Shown here: piece by piece, positions 11,138 through 24,152 of the stretch
Layout: every line of letters starts with the position of its first letter
Position numbering within the stretch: the first letter of the stretch is position 1
Assembly (NCBI RefSeq): GCF_000372725.1
Contig: NW_005201249.1
Location: 86,198-150,197, forward strand
Direction: 5' to 3'
DNA length: 64,000 nucleotides
Origin: Emiliania huxleyi CCMP1516
Taxonomy: Eukaryota
The notes under the pieces: model-generated
Database searches by the model: none
What the model was told of the DNA's origin: nothing
Seen by the model: only the letters and a program-made list of their open reading frames with translations
Made by a program: the position numbers and the translations under genes

Positions 11138-11873
11138 TTACACCAGGGTGAGGCCAAGCCGCCACGGGATCAGCGCCGCCGTGACGCCGACACACGCCAC
11201 CGCCGCCTCGCGGGAGGCTCCGTCGCCGAGCAGGCTCGGCAGCGGCGCCTTGCGCGAGAGCAAGCCGCCGACCAGAGGCACCTGCAGGCAGGCCGCACGG
11301 TCATAGGCGACACGACGCACGCTCCGAGGTGGGTGAAGAGCGCGGAGGTCGGCCACCGCTCTATCCGTCCTTAAGCAGGCAGACAGGTGCCCGTCTACTG
11401 GAGGGTGGAGGTGACTGCTCTCTCAGAGGCACCTCGCTCAAGCTCGCCCGCAGAGCGTCGGCGAGACCCGAGACGCCGAGCAGCAGCGCCGCGAGGAGAT
11501 TGACGAGCAGCAGCGTCCGCGGCGGGAGGCGGCGCACCATGCCATTGAGTCGGCGACGCGCTCGCCGGTGCAGCAGCCCCGCCAGGACGAGAAGGCCGAC
11601 CGCTGCTCCGGCACGGGCGCGGGCGCGGGCGCGGGCGGCAGTCGCGTCGTCGAGCGCGGCTGGCGATTGGGCGGCGTCGCCCCGTGGCGATCGAGGCGAG
11701 CGCGGCGAGCGCTGGAGCGCCTGCGTGCAGTCGTCGATCCGCTCGCCGAGCGCCTCGACCGCAGCGGTGGTGGCGAGGCCGTCGATCCGGGCATCAATGG
11801 CGTCGAGACGGCCAACGATGGCCCGCATCAGGCCAGTGAGCTCCTGCTGCTGCTGGAGCGCGGCGTGCGACAT
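11138..11873 (-). CDS. Hypothetical membrane protein with short coiled coil
   Basis: ORF with heptad-like LDAIDARIDGL and two hydrophobic segments; probable second exon ~11138-11330. Confidence 0.35.
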
Positions 11874-12105
11874 GTGTCACGGGACTTGGCGCTTGATGTG
11901 GACGCGGTGGCAGCTCGCCAATCAATGCGTCGGCGAGAACAAAGAAAAACAAGTGCGCGGGGCGAGGTGCGCACTGTCCCTCGGGGTTCGTGCGTCGCCC
12001 ATCTCTCCTGGAGATCTCTGCTGGCCGAGTTGTGTTCGGACAGCGGGCCCGCATGCCTTTTTCTCTTTCTTTTTTCCTTTGGGCAGGGACTCTGGCCGCG
12101 CCCGC

Positions 12106-12196
12106 AAAAAGAATTTAACCCCTCCCTCGCACAACACTGGGCACCCGACTGGCGCGCACTGGCACTAACGCGGGTACCACACCGCAAAAAGAAATT
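12106..12196 (+). repeat. Copy of the ~83-bp AAAGAATTT family upstream of der
   Basis: Reverse complement of the 819-1018 unit. Confidence 0.75.
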
Positions 12197-12319
12197 CGTT
12201 GAGCGCCTTTTTTGTTTCACGTGCCCTGAACTTGGAGCGGCCGCACACTGCTCGGTACCCCCCCTGCACATCTAAAGCCATGGCCTGTGAGCCGCTCGTA
12301 ATTCTTTTGCTTACTCTCA

Positions 12320-15300
12320 ATGCTGCTAACCCGCACGAAGCGACGCCTGTGCACTGCCAGCCTGGACGCCGCCGCCGCCGGTTCGCTGCCGCTGCTCGCG
12401 ATCGTCGGCGCCCCAAACGCAGGCAAGTCGACGCTGTACAACCGGCTCGTCCGCACAGAGCTTAGCGCGCGTTCGTTCCGGCCTCGCGCGCTAGTGGCGC
12501 CTACGGCCGGCACAACCCGCGACAGGATGGAGGGAGAGAGCGAGTGGCTGGGCTATCGCTTCCGCGTGGTTGACACGGGCGGCATCGAAGACCTCTGGCC
12601 TCTCCGGCAGCAGCAGGCGGACAGCGGCAGGCGCGGCGCAGGCAGGCGGCAGCAGCGGCGGGCCCCGCATGGAGAGGAGGTGGCGCGTGGCGACGGCGAG
12701 GCGGCGTCGCCTCCGCCACCGGGCGGCTGGCAGCTCAGCGAGGTGGAGGCGGCGGCGGCGCAGCGGCGGCTCGCGGCCGCAGTCGAGGCGCAGGTGGCGG
12801 TGGCGGTGAAGGAGGCGGCGGTGGCGCGCAAAGCACTTCCAAGACAAGCCTGTGTCCCTCGCCGCCCGTTCCAGATGGCATGCACCTCCGGCGTGTCCGC
12901 AGGTGCTGCTGCTGGTGGATGCAAAGGCGGGCGCAGGCGCGGCGGAGGAGCGGCTCGCCTCGCTGCTGCGGCGGCTGAGGTGAGACACTTCCGAGACACT
13001 TCCGAGACACTTCCGAGACACTTCCGCCTCACTGGGCGAGACGCGCTCTGCCTCGTTCGTCCAACTGAATGAAGTGTATGCGCGCGGTGCTTTACGATCC
13101 CTCGCCTCTGCGTCTCCCCAGCGCGCCGCCAAAGCGCGTACCCCCCGACACGTCCACGACACGTCCACGACACGCCCACGACACGCCCACGACGCGTGCG
13201 CAGGCCAGTGCACGACCCCTCTGCTGGGGCGGTGCTGCTGGCGGCAAACAAGTGCGACTCGCGCGAGGCGCGGCACGGGATGCACGAGCTGTGGTCGCTC
13301 GGGCTCGGGGAGCCGCGCCTCCTCTCGGCGCTGCACGGCGTGGGCAGCGCCGAGCTGCTCGACGACGTCGTCGCGGCGATGCAGAGGCGCGAGGCCGAAA
13401 GCACCGGGGTGGCGGAGGTAGCACTGGGCGGGGCGGAGCAGCCTCGGGGCCTGACGCAGGGCGTGGGCGTTGCGTGGGAGATGCGGGGGCTTGCCACTGG
13501 CTCCTCGCTCTACGCCAGCGTGTCGAGGCGTGCGTCTCACCCTCCCCTTGTACCCTTTCCGCCAGGTGGGAGGAGGGCCGCCTCGACGCCTCACGTGCGG
13601 CGGCTGCGCTGGCGCTGGCGGGCGGCGCGGCTGGCCGGCAGGCGGCGCGGGGAGGCGGGCTCGCGGCTCTGGAGGGCGGAGGCGGGGGCGGAGAGGGGGG
13701 AGACGGGGGCGGCGGAGGGGCGAGGTTTGGAGGCGCTGCGCGGAGTGCAGCAGAAGGGCGGGAGGAGGAGGTGGAGGGGCGGGAGGTGGAGGGGTGGAAG
13801 GAGGAGGGGTGGGAAGAGGAGGAGGGGTGGGAAGAGGAGGAGGTGTGGGAGGAGGAGGAGGAGGAGGAGGAGGAGGAGGGGATGGGGCTCGGCGCGCGGC
13901 TCGGATCGGACGGTGGCGAGGCCGCCTCCCCCCCTCCCGCGCGGCTCGGCGCGGCGGCGGGCGGCCTTGCTCACCGGGGCGGCGCGGTGCCGGGCTGGGC
14001 GGCGGAGGACGCGGTGGGCAAGGTGGCGGTGGTCGGGCGGCCGAACGTCGGCAAGTCGTCGCTGCTCAACGCGCTACTCGGTCAGGAGCGGATGGTAGTC
14101 AACCCCGTCGCCGGCACCACGCGCGACTCGGTGGCGTGTGAGTACGAGTGGCGCGGCGAGAAGCTGCTGCTGATCGACACGGCGGGCATCCGGCGCCAGG
14201 CGGCCAAACAGCCCTGCGCGGGCGGTGTGAAGAGCGCGGCGTGAGGAGCGCCTCTCCACGCCTCCTGCTGCAGACAGGCGGCGGGCGGCGAGGAGCGCGA
14301 GGAGCTCGACCGAGCGGCGGTGGCGGCGGCGAGGGTTGCCATCAGCCAGTGCCACGTGGCGCTCCTCCTCCTCGACGCCTACCAGGGACTCACGCGCGCC
14401 GACCTCGCCATCGCCGGCCTCGTCACCGAGCAGCAAAAGTCGTGTGTCATCGTCGCCAACAAGGCGGCAAGCCCTCCGCTCACCTCGAGTGCACAACTCA
14501 TCGGCAGTGCATCTCGGCTCACCTCTCCTCATCCCCTCCCGGCCGATCTCGGCTCGGCCGATCTCGGCCAATCTCAATCTCGGCCAATCTCCCGCAGGCG
14601 GACCGGCTCGACGCGGCGGCTCGCCGCGCCTTTTCCGACAGCGTGCGCGAACGCATGCCTTGGCTCGACTACGCGCCCGTGCTGCACGCGTCGGCTCTCA
14701 CCGGCGCCGGCGTCGACGAGGCCCTCGACACGGCGGCGAGTGCGCTCGCGTGGCGGCGCACCAAGGTGCCGAAGCGGCGGCTCAACGAGCTCTTCGCGAG
14801 GGCGCAGCTGCTGCGGCCTCTCCCCGTCGTGCGCGGCGCCCGCCTCAAGATGCAGTACGCGACCCAGCACGCGACGGAGAGCCCGACCTTCGTCTTCCGC
14901 ATGAACCGGCAGGTGCCTCCTCACACGCCGCCGCATCGCTCTCGCCCCAGCCCTCGCCTCCGCCCTCGCCCCAGCCCTCGCCTCAGCCCTCGCCTCAGCC
15001 CTCGCCCCCCATGCCCCCCCCCCCCCCCCCCGGCCCACCGCCGCCCCGCAGGCCGAGATGCACCCCTCCGTGGTGCGCTGGGTCGAGCGCACTCTTCGCT
15101 CCCACTGGCCCTTCGACGCGACGCCGCTGCGGCTCGTCTTCAAGGCGGACCCGCCGCGCCGGCGCCGGCGCAACGCCCTCGCGCGCGCGGAGGGCGCGAG
15201 CTCACGCTTCGTCAAGATGCCCAAGAAGAAGTGGCGCGAGCTGCAAAAGCCGTTCTGGCAGCGCGAGAAGTTTGTGGCGCAGGTGCGGGAGCGAAACAGA

Positions 15301-15429
15301 GAGCGCCGGCGCGCCTCGCAAGAGGCGAGGAGGGCGGCCGCGGCCGCGGGTGGGCTGCCCACCTCAGGACGGATCGGCTCCGCGCTCGCGGCGCGGCATG
15401 TGCGCGGGGAGGGGCATGGCCAGGGGTGA
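12320..15429 (+). CDS. der: Organellar ribosome-biogenesis double GTPase Der/EngA (multi-exon)
   Basis: [20 protein letters not shown], then [29 protein letters not shown]-like tail [24 protein letters not shown]. Confidence 0.9.
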
Positions 15430-15475
15430 GGGGGGAGAGCGGGCTAAACTTTAGCGCCTAGAAAGCCGTAAAGAC

Positions 15476-15581
15476 GACACCCATTTGTTCACGAATGTAT
15501 GTTTGGAAAGAAGGACACGACATCCACACAAAAAGTAGAGAGGCACACGAAGTTGGGCCGAGCCCGACGAGCGACGTACGG
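15476..15581 (+). repeat. ~100-bp direct repeat, partner at 17440-17538
   Basis: GACACCCATTTGTTCACGAAT.TATGTTTGGAAAGAAGGACACGACATCC.. nearly identical in both copies. Confidence 0.85.
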
Positions 15582-17045
15582 CTTTATGTGAGATGTAGTG
15601 TCGCCTTCCTGCTTGCGGCTACGCCCTCGCCTACCTCAGCACCAGGGCCGTAGCGCGGGCCGCCTCGTGCACCATCAATTGCCGACATTCACCTTGACGT
15701 TGGCGCTACTTGTTGCCGCAGTGAGCTCAGCAGCGCCTGCACCATTGCTTCCACGCCTCTTGCAGTGGCGTATGTACACGACCACGAGTATGACCAACAG
15801 GATGGCAAAGCAGCAACAAGCCGCGGCGACAGCAATGACAACCGATGAGTTGGTCTCAGGCTGTTCCTGGTCCTGGGCTTCACCCAATGTGGCCCAATAT
15901 GGAGGGGGGGTCGCCGCCGCCCGCGTCGCCCGCGGCGGGCCCGCATGGCGCGCCGCTCGTCGGGAGCGTGCCCAGCAGGCTGTGCAGGGCAGTCTGCCTC
16001 ACTCAGGGCGCCGCCGCCGCTGCGCGGGGCCGCCGTCGGCGCTGCTGCCGTGAACACTGCCGCCGTGTACGTCACCATCGCCTCTCTTCGTCGCCGATCT
16101 CGCCGACGCCGCCCGCCGCTCGCCGCCGCCCTGCCTTGCCCTGCCCTCACACAAACAAACAAACACACACCACACACACACACATACAGACACACACACA
16201 CAACTCCTTGCCCCCGCGCCCTCCCGCCCAACGCCCTGCGCCTCACGCCGCGCGTCCCACGCACTCCCCGTGCCCCGCGCCCCCACGCCCCTCACCTCGC
16301 GCCTCACGCCTCCCTCCCCACCCTCTCAGGCATTTCTCCCTCCCTGCTGCTCGCCGACTCCTCCTCCCCCCGCATGACCGGCGACTACCCGTCCTTCCGC
16401 GGCGACTCCTCCCTCCTCGGCGCCAACGCCTACTATACCCGTTCGGCCCGGTGAGGGGCGGGAGCGCAGCCATTCCAACGGCTGGGAAAGTTTCTGAACG
16501 GCCGTGCATGCGTCTGCATGCCGGACAACTAAGAAGGTCCCTCGCTCCCGCTCCTCTCTCGGAAGACGCGTGCCGGCCAGGGGGACTCGCTTGCGATCCC
16601 GCTCCAGCCAGAGGCCGCGTGAGGCGTGTGGGGCGGTGCACGCTGGGGCTCGGCCCCAAGTGCGCTGGCCTCGCGTTCGAGGGGAGGGCGGCTCGTAACT
16701 GAGGTTCGCCGTCGGAGACAGTCGTCCTCCCCTCCTCGGCCGGGCAACTAGGTCATTGAGGCCCCCCCCGGGGAAGAGACCGAACGGCCGGCCGACACTC
16801 TCGGCCATTCCAACGGCCAGGCCGCTCGCTTAAGGCCGATTGGCTAGACGAGCGGCCTACCTCCAATGGGGCTGTCTGGGAACGCGTGGAACCTGCCCGC
16901 CTCGGTGGGAGGTGGTTTGGCGCCGACAGTCAGCCCCATGGGCAGTCTGGATCACGGGGGATGACATCCTGCCTCCCGGCACGCCGGGAGGAGGTGGGTG
17001 CTCCGCCGCCGGACCGCCCTCTCCACCACCCTCGCCCAGGGATCT

Positions 17046-17163
17046 ACAACGCTGTCTTAAGGTCCGACCTGTGGGCTCTGCCTGCGCTCGGCACCGGGCA
17101 CCGCCTCGGTATACAAATCAAAATGCGCCTGCGGGCGGACCCTTACAGATCACAGATCACTAG
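17046..17163 (+). repeat. ~115-bp dispersed repeat ending in (CAGATCA)2; second copy at 44150-44262
   Basis: GCTGTCTTAAGGTCCGACCTGTGGGCTCTG..GCGGACCC..CAGATCACAGATCAC in both. Confidence 0.85.
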
Positions 17164-17639
17164 AACCCGCGTTTACTGACAGACTCACTCAGACACAGGC
17201 AAAGTGCCGCGTATGCACATATACGAGATGCTGTCTCTGTGTCTTTTCCAGAGAAGTTACCCTGCGCCCCTGTACCGCCCCGTCCCCTCTCCGCGCGGGC
17301 CGCCCAAGCGCAAAAGGCTGGCAAAAGGGCCTGCCAGAGGGGTTTGTGCTCGACGAGACGCCTCCCCTGTGTGTCCTGAGCATGCTCATTGCTCTCTGCT
17401 CTGTTTAATAGCTCAAAGCTATAGCTTGCTAAATGAGGAGACACCCATTTGTTCACGAATATATGTTTGGAAAGAAGGACACGACATCCACACAAAAAGT
17501 AGAGAGGCACAAGGCCGAGCCCGACGAGCGAAGTACGGTCACGAGGTCACGTAGAGAGAGCAGCCGTACGCTCGAGAAACACACACGGTCATACACATCG
17601 ATCGATACTATATCTTGTGCACGTAACAGGGGGCGCGAT

Positions 17640-18754
17640 TCATTTGGCCCAGACCCAGGACGCTGCCTTGGCCGCCTTAGCCGCCTCCTTGGCCGCCTCC
17701 TTGGCCGCCTTTTGGTTGCGCCTGAGCAGCATCATCGCCGCCGGCGACTTTGCATAGTGCATCGCCGGCTGTCCGCGCATGTCCCGAACGTCGTTGCGTG
17801 CGCCGGCGTTGCAGAGGTGCCTCGCGCAGGCAAAGTGGCCGCGGTGCGAGGCGAGGGCGAGCGCGGAGATGCCGTGCGACGTGCTCGTGTTTGGGTCGGC
17901 CCCGGCACGCAGCAGCACACGCAGCACAGCCTCCGCCCCCGCCAGCGCGGCGAGCGCGAGCGGCGTGCAGCCCTGCGACTGCGTCGCCTCGAGGCTCGCG
18001 CCGGCGGAGATGAGCAGCAGCGCCAGGGCGGCGTGGTCCCGCGCGGCGGCGAGGTGCAGCAGGGTGCGTCCTTCGGCGGCGGCGTCGGGGGAGCCGCCCA
18101 GCCAAAGCCAGGCTCGCACGGCGCACAAGTTGCCCGCGTTTGCCGCCGCCGAGAGCGACGGAGGCGCCGGCGCGCCGCAGAGAGCGCAGCCCCGCCCCGG
18201 CGGTGGCGCGCCGCAGAGAGCGCAGCTCCGCCCCGGCGGTGCTCGGGGCTGGTCGTCGAGTGCTTCTCGCGGGACGAGGCGTCGCCGAGCGGAGCACTCG
18301 CCACACCTTCCGACGAGCTGTTGATCGTCGTCAGGCTGATCGGCGGAGGTCACCGCCGCCGTGCTGGCCAGCCGCGCCCGGGTCGACTTGTCGCGGAGCG
18401 CCCAAAATATACTGCCGCCGTGGGCTGACTTGTCGCAAGCCCCACGCTCGACGCTGGGAGCCACGCCGTCGATCAGCCACTGCGAGCGCACAATCTGGGC
18501 GGCGGACAAATCCGCGCGCCGCGCCGCACGAGCAGGCCTCCCTTGCCTGGGGTGCGCAGGCCTCGCTCTCGAAGCAGCGGCAACCAGCCTGATGGGGGCG
18601 GGGGCCGGGTGAATGACGTGCCTCCGTTTGCGTTTGCGTCTGCGTTTGCGGCGCGCGTTTTCTCGTTGGGGGCGTACTGGCCAGCCGCACGTCGGACGTG
18701 CTCGGTGAAGAAGCAGCCGTCGTGTACGCTCCAGGGTCGCTGGTCGTCGTCCAT
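17640..18754 (-). CDS. Ankyrin repeat protein with Cys-rich segment (N-terminal exons uncertain)
   Basis: GRTLLHLAA, GCTPLALAA, GISALALAS, GQPAMHYA repeats in ORF 17640-18509. Confidence 0.65.
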
Positions 18755-19234
18755 ATGCCCGGGAGCAAATGAATGCCTTGCGACACTGGATCTTGCGACA
18801 CCGACGGGGTGACCGTCATTGGGCGACCCCTTTCGAGTTGCAGAGCCTCCCTCGGAGAAAGGTCCTCACTCAGACGCAAAGCTGACGCCAGCTTGTTCGC
18901 GTCGCCAGCACCTCCTTCTCTCCTCGTCGAACGTTGATACGTTGATGGCGCCAGCGCCTGCTGTTGACAAGTGGGGAGCAGACGGCTTCATCGCGAAGCT
19001 GCCCCCAGCAGGCGTCTTGACGGGTATCAAAATTCTTCCCTACAAAAGAGGCCAACGGACCCGAGAAGCACTATTTCCCTCCACCGCAGTCAGCCAACCT
19101 CTGAGGTTACTCTTTACCTCAGGCACTCGCTGAGGAGCCTCTTCTCATACGAAGGGTCTTCATCCCTCCTGCTAGTCTTCACGGAGACTTCTCCGCGTGA
19201 ATGAATGAACACTGACTCAGAACAAACACTTATG

Positions 19235-20309
19235 CAAATCCACGTACCCGCGGCCGCGGGCGCTCGCTGCCATCAAGAATCACAAGGACTGGTTCGCGCA
19301 CCAGGAGCTCGTCAAGGCGCGGGATGTGCACGTCAAGAACAACCCGTCCCTCGGAGACAGCGCCGTCAACAACAACCCGTCCCTCGGAGACAGCGCCGTC
19401 AGCAACCGCGAAGCCGCGCGCCTCATCTCCGCCTCAACGCCTTTCGCGGGCAAGGCCTTCGATGTCCGTGTCGACGGTACGTACGCCACCGCCCTCTCCT
19501 CCGACACCCTCCAGGACGAGCTCCAGCGGAAGCTCGGCCTTTGGCTCTCCGCGGCGCTTCCCACCCTTCGGGTCGCGCTCGAGCGGGGCATCCCAGTCGA
19601 TTTCTTCGGCGACTACCTTTACAACAAGGCCCACCACCGGCGGCCCCACGACGGCGTCCTCGCCGCCTGGGCGGACGCGATGCGCGCCCCGGCCAACGCG
19701 CCGGTCGTGCACGGTGACAAGGAGAAACCAGAGCTCACCCGGCAGTACAACGAGGGGTACAAGGTCGACCTCGCGGAACCCCACGCTGGCCCGGGAGGAT
19801 GCGATGAGGTGAATGAAGTCAAGCTCTGGACGCCCCTCCTCAAGACCTCCTCGACGGGCGTTGGCAACGCCTCGAGCGGCGGCACACCCGCCTCCGTTGG
19901 CCACTCCTACGCCTTCGGCAGCACCGAGGAGAAGGCTCGCCGCCTGAACATGGGCTGCAAGGCGCGCGGCCCGGCCAACCCTTCTCCCACAAGAACGGCC
20001 ACGGCTACGTCAAGGCGCATCGCGGTTTCTACCACGACGCGATCTTTGTCAAGCGCAACAACTTCAACCTGCTGCTCCACGAGACGTTCGGCGGCGGCTT
20101 CTCGCCCACCGCCGTTCTCAAGCTGCGCCGCCTCGCGCGCAAAGTCGCACGCGGCAGCGTCGACCGCACGGCCTACTCGCCCAAGTACTCGCTCTCTTTT
20201 ATGTCCCACCATGCAGAGCGCATCTCTCTCTCTCTCTGTTGTGCGAGGCGTGAACCGCGCCATTCGCTCTCACCTGGCAACCCTGTCTGCACGTCTCGCG
20301 CGCGCGTGA
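19235..20309 (+). mobile_element. Second RLE-type non-LTR retrotransposon fragment, frameshifted
   Basis: REAARLIS..LQRKLGL..DFFGD..HDGV..VD..EVK; after a frameshift near 19985 GHGYVK..YHDA..LHETFGG, homologous to 7085-7892. Confidence 0.7.
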
Positions 20310-20667
20310 ACAGGGCTCCAGGCCCCAAATGATGTGTGAGTGTTAGAGTTGTTTGGTATTGCTAAAAATCTCTCTCACACGCCACCTCGAGGCACCACCG
20401 CTAGAACTCGATGCACATGGCAGCAAACAAACCACCCAGGCAGCCACCAGCTGCCACAGCCAATCCGTCGGCCGTCAGGAACTCTCTCTACAACCCCACT
20501 GAGACGCGTCTCCTCTGAGACGCTCAGGAATCTCTTGGGACGCCTCGGCGAACTTTTTTGGGACGCTGTGAGAAGGGGAACGTGTGAAATCTTGCATCTA
20601 TCTCGGAGCAGGTCTCCGGGAACCATAGCGAGACACTCTCAAGGGCCGTAGCAAACCTCCTTTCGCA

Positions 20668-23599
20668 ATGGCCTCGGGAAAGAGGCAGGAGGAGCTCGAG
20701 GTCCAGATCAAAAGCCTCCACAGCCAGCTCGAGAAGCTTGGCGTCAACTCCTCCGGGCAAAAGGACATCTTTGGCCGCAGGCGCGCCGCGCACTGCGCGA
20801 GAGCGAAACGCGCCCGCATCTCACCGAATCCACCTTGTTGTACACCGCCGCCGTCGCCGCTCACGCCGCCGCCGCCCTCCACCTCGCCCACGCCTCCGCC
20901 GCCCTCCACCTCGCCCACACCGCCGCCGCCGCCGCTCACGCCGCCGCCGCCCTCCACCTCGCCCACGCCGCCGCCTCCCTCTGTAGCTTCGATTTGCCTG
21001 TGGACGCCGAGCACAAGGCCACGGCATTCGCGGTGAAGCTCTTTCGCCTGCCCGTGCAGCCGCACATGTACGCCTTCTGGGCGGCCACCTTCGGCTTCTT
21101 CTGCACGTTTTTCGCCGTCTTTGCGCCGGCGGCACTCCTAACGTGGATCAAGGAGGACGAGTCGGAGGGCGGGCTGGGCCTCACGCCGGACGAGCTCTCC
21201 TCTGCGGGCGCCGCCGCCGTCGGCACGACCGTCGCGATGCGTTTCCTCGCCGGCCCGCTCTGCGACAAGTTTGGAGCACGCAAGTCCGCCGCCCTCCCCT
21301 CCTCCTCTCCCTCTCTCCTCCTCGGGCTACTCAGCCTCCGCGCCCCTCTCGTGTCCCCCAACCGCCCCTTCCTCCGTCCGCTTCCTCCCCCTTCCGCCTT
21401 TCCTCCACTCGCCTCCCTCCCGCCTCGCCTCAATCCCACGCCCTCCCTTACGCATGCTGCCTCGGCCCGCCGCAGGACCATGGGCATCCTCCTCTTCACG
21501 GCGCTGCCCGGCCTCGTCGTCCTCGCGACCGCGCAGAACGCCAATGCCTTCATCGCCGGCCGCGCGCTCATCGGCCTCTCGCTCGCCTCCTTCGTCACCT
21601 GCCAAGTCTGGTGCTCGCAGGTCGCGCGATGCCCTCGCCTCTGCCCGACTCTCTCTGCCCGCCTCTCTCTGCCCCTCCACGCTGCTCAACCCCCCCCTCC
21701 CCCCGCCCCCCGCCCCCGGCCCCCCCTTAAAGGCCCGGGGGCCCCTTTTCCCCCCCGGCAGATGTTCACCAAGAGCATCGTCGGGACCGTCAACGCCACC
21801 GCCGGCGGCTGGGGCAACCTCGGCGGCGGCGTCACCCTGCTCGTCATGCCGCAAATCATGGTGGGCTTTCTCAAGGCGAGCCGCGCCTCCCATCGACCCC
21901 TCCCCCCCCTCCTCCCTCCCCTCCCCTTACCCCCCTCCCCTCCCCTTACCCCCCCCCCCTCCCGCCCCTTCCCTTACCCCCCCCCCTTCCCTTACCCCCC
22001 CCCTCCCCCCTTCCCTCCGGCAGGTGACCGACCAGGACACGGCGTGGCGCCTGTGCATGATTGTGCCGGCCGCGATGATCATCCTCGCCACCCTCCTCGT
22101 CATGAAAGGACGCGACCTGCCCGACGGCAACTATAAGGAGCTGGAGATGTCGGGCGCCAAGCAGAAGGGCAACGGCTCCCTCGTCTTCCTCATCGCCGCC
22201 TGCAACATCAACACCATCCCGCTCATGATTTGCTACGCGACGTGCTTCGGCGTCGAGCTGACGATGAACAACAAGGCGGTGCTCTACTTTTACGAGTACT
22301 ACGACCTCTCAAAGTCCCTCGCCGGCGTGCTCGGCGCATGCTTCGGCCTGATGAACCTCTTTGCGCGCTCGTGGGGCGGGTGCGACACGCCTCCGAGACC
22401 AGCCGAGACACCGTTTGCCCCTGTACTCCTCGCCATCCCGGTTCCAGCAAGCCGCTCACCCCGCGCCGCGCCGCCCCCAGACTTCTCTCGGATTGGACCA
22501 TGAAGAAGTTCGGGATCCGCGGCCGCGTCTGGTCGCTCTTCGTCGTGCAGGTCTTCCAGGGCTTCATGTGCCTCACCCTCGGCCTCCTCACGGTCAACAT
22601 GCCCGGCCCGGTCCGCATGGAGAGGGGCCAGGCGAGCAAGTACCCGGCCAGCGTCTTTGAAAACATCTACAACGTGACGCCAGAGGTGACCTTCCATTGC
22701 TACGGCGGGTACGAGGGCCCCCTCTTTGGCGGCGACGGAGACTTCTGCAAGCCCAAGTTCGACAAGAAGGACCCGTGGAAGTTCTCCCCGTCGGGGGAGA
22801 TTGCCGGCGCGCGGCCCGGCGAGAACCAAAACGGCATCTACGGCGCCTACAAGCACACGGTCGAGTTCAAGGGCGGGTCCGAGACGACGACCTACGTGGT
22901 CAAGACCAAGGCGGCCTGGATCCCGCCGTGCGCGTCGAAGAGCATCGACAACCCCGGCACGGGCCACGCCTTCAGCGCAGACGGCACCGACCTCGGCGTG
23001 GAGAAGATCCCCACCGACGCGGAGAAGATCGTGGTCGGCGACGTGTGGAACCCCGACTGCGTGCGCAACACGGACGGCGCGCTCGGCAAGACGATGGCCG
23101 TCATCATCTTCTTCTCGATCGGCGTCCAGATGGCCGAGGGGCTGACCTACGGTGTCGTGCCGTACGTCTCGCGCCCCGCCCTCGGCGCCGTGGCGGGCAT
23201 GGTGCGCCGCCCCACCCCCCCACCCCCCTCCCTCTCTAGGCGTGAGCGAACCCCCAACCCCCGCCCCTTTCTCCCCCGCAGGTCGGCGCGGGCGGCAACC
23301 TCGGCGCCGTCATCGGCTCCAAGGTGATCATCGCGAATGCAAACTACGACCAGGGCTTCGTCTACCTCGGCATGGTCATCCTCATCGCGTCCCTCTCGCT
23401 GGGCCTCGTCTACTTCAAGGGCGAGGACGGCGGAGGCATGTTCCTCAAGCCGGGCGCGCTCGGCAAGTTCGACCCGCAGCTGTGGATGCCCAAGGGCGAG
23501 GAGATGCGCGGCGCAGACCAGATGGACTACTCGTCTGTTGCCATTCCGGGCGAGGCGAACAAGCCGAAGGCGTCCACGGCCGATGAAGCCGAGGCCTAG
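20668..23599 (+). CDS. NRT2: High-affinity nitrate transporter (NNP family, MFS), multi-exon
   Basis: FDLPVD.EHKA, PHMYAF, GPLCDKFGAR, FVTCQVWCSQ|MF..VGTVNATAGGWGNLGGG, DLPDGNY, CFGVELTMNN, FGLMNLFARS.GG, AEGLTYGVVPYV, MVGAGGNLG. Confidence 0.95.
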
Positions 23600-24152
23600 G
23601 GCGGCTCGGCCCGCCAAGAGTCGCCGCGCGCGGCAGAGTCGCTCCGCCGCTAGCGCAGCGCCGCCTTTGTAGGGAGGGGGGATATCGCGCATGCCATGCC
23701 GCGCAACCCCGAGGTGCGCGGGGGACCCGGAGAGGCGCTCCCGGGTCCCGCAACCGACCTCGCCCGACTGTACACTTGGTGATTCACGGGCATGCTGCAT
23801 ACGGCTCTATGTGTGTGTGTGCGGTCTGATAGAGTTGAGTTTCTTGTCAGATTAACAGATAACATGTACTACACATATGCACTCTCGGACGCCGGACGGT
23901 GCTCGGTGCGCGTTGAGACAATTTTAGAATTACCCACAGTTTACACACCTCTCTTTAGACTTTAGTCTTATAACTCTCTTCGCACCGGCCACCGGCACCG
24001 CTCTCACACTTCCGACTTGTCACTTCTTCACTTGAACTTGTGATTTTTTCGAATTTTTCGCGCTGGAGGCCGAGCTCGCCACTGCACTCTGCACGCTCGA
24101 TAAAGGGCGTGTGAAGGAGAGCGACTGTTGGATCCCGTCGGCCGTCGCCGTG

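Noticed and set aside
17130..17163. Definite Helitron 3' end
   Set aside because: Hairpin is weak and the second copy at 44262 lacks the CTAG.
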